Shown: positions 62,947-64,000 of the stretch, in pieces | Layout of the letters: every line of letters begins with the position of its first letter | How positions within the stretch are numbered: position 1 is the first letter of the stretch | Source: Callorhinchus milii | Taxonomy: Eukaryota | Length of the DNA stretch: 64,000 bases | Direction of reading: 5' to 3' | Assembly (NCBI RefSeq): GCF_018977255.1 | Contig: NW_024704742.1 | Coordinates: 96,350,001-96,414,000, forward strand | Notes under the pieces: generated by a model | Told to the model about the DNA's origin: nothing | The model's input: only the letters and a program-made list of their open reading frames with translations | Database searches by the model: none | Program-made: the position numbers and the translations under genes

Positions 62947-63099
62947 ATAACAACAATTACAGCACTACATGAGCCAAACATGCAATTGGAGGCTGCAGGT
63001 CAGCTTTGGCTCTATCCATGTCACAGATTCATGGGAGGACAAACTCGTCAGTTATCAATTCTCTTGATCAAATTTACCAACAATGAAAAAATTATCACA

Positions 63100-63297
63100 G
63101 GTAATACATCCACATGAGTCTAGAATTACTCTAAAAAAAATTGTTTTAAGAATTTCACAAATACAGCTTTGATACTGAAGCAGATTTTCTTTTAAGAACA
63201 ACAGAAAACCAACATCAAAGTTAAGATTAAGTTCAACGATTTGACAAATTCTAGACATTCTAAAATATTATGTTAATACTGTAAATCTAGACCCAAT
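63100..63297. mobile_element. Palindromic MITE-like element, decayed
   Basis: gagtctagaattact ... gtaaatctagacccaa; matches the arms of 46828-47077. Confidence 0.65.
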
Positions 63298-63383
63298 CTA
63301 GACTAGAGCTTAAAGAAAACAATGGAACTAATGTGAAGTAGGAAATCTACAAATAGAAGCGCTTTAATAAATACATTTTAAAT

Positions 63384-63597
63384 AAATGATTCTTGCATTT
63401 GAAGTAGTGCCTACAACATTGAAATGTCCCAAAGCCCTTCAAAGAGCTTTTCTGTAAAGTGTAATGAATGTATAATTTGTATGCAAATATGGCAGTGAAT
63501 TTGCACTCAGCAATGTCCCACAAACAGCTAGAAAGTGAATGATCAATTTTATATGGAGGTTTTTTGGTCAGGACACTGGGAGAAAACTCCCTTCTAT
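63384..63597 (-). mobile_element. Deu-type SINE 3' part
   Basis: ttcttgcatttgaagtagtgcc...ggtcaggacactgggagaaaactcccttct. Confidence 0.75.
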
Positions 63598-64000
63598 GAA
63601 AAGAAAAGAAACAGTGCAGCACAAAGAGGAATACATGTAATAATGTAGGAAATGTAGGAATAAACATAGGGCTACATTCATTAATTACTTTAATAAAATA
63701 ATGGAATCAATACATTTTTTGTATCTTTAATGGTTATGGTTAAATAGCCCTTCGAGAGCTGACACAATTCTCAGTCTCACAAGTATGTTTGAACTGTGGA
63801 TGTGTTTACAGCACAGTGCTTTCTTTGTTAATTGGCTAGGATCACATTTTTCAATTTAGATCTAAGCTAGAGGACTCTGTCTCAACTCGACCTTGAAAAT
63901 CTCTGGCTCACCTACCTCTGATGATCACAGTCCTGCTGCTCTGAACAAGTGGGATGAGTGTGTGCTTGAATGTTCCATGAGGCTTGGCAATTCAGATTAC

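Noticed and set aside
940..63597. Recurring near-identical repeats as a CRISPR-like or programmed array
   Set aside because: They are dispersed, in both orientations and variably 5'-truncated with microsatellite tails, which is the pattern of SINE retroposition in a eukaryotic context.
1033..63667. Numerous 60-130 aa ORFs in the six-frame track
   Set aside because: They overlap SINEs or LINE antisense strands, or are low-complexity chance ORFs; no recognisable host domains.

Overview
This is a eukaryotic, AT-rich, repeat-dense non-coding window (a large intron or gene desert). The repeat set suggests a cartilaginous fish, possibly a chimaera; this is an inference from L2 and CR1 LINEs, SacSINE1/Deu-type SINEs and AmnSINE2-like SINEs. 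No host protein-coding gene can be identified, and all longer ORFs in the track are decayed LINE reverse-transcriptase fragments or chance ORFs. Contents: two ~2 kb 5'-truncated L2 LINEs and many L2 3' ends; CR1 fragments; a decayed RTE-like LINE; about 20 Deu-type SINEs; about 11 long copies of a composite SINE (tRNA head + CORE-like box + Deu-type 3' part + L2-like tail); AmnSINE2-like copies; a family of palindromic MITE-like hairpins; and an unclassified ~400 bp repeat. Between repeats are unique blocks rich in transcription-factor motifs, including a perfect RFX X-box palindrome at 48503-48520, a few isolated exon-like segments and one pre-miRNA-like hairpin. The most notable observations are reciprocal SINE/L2 nesting and three independent antisense insertions into the same ~15 nt of the SINE tail. 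I see no clear evidence of a new protein-encoded system. Family names come from recall of consensus sequences, not from database searches.
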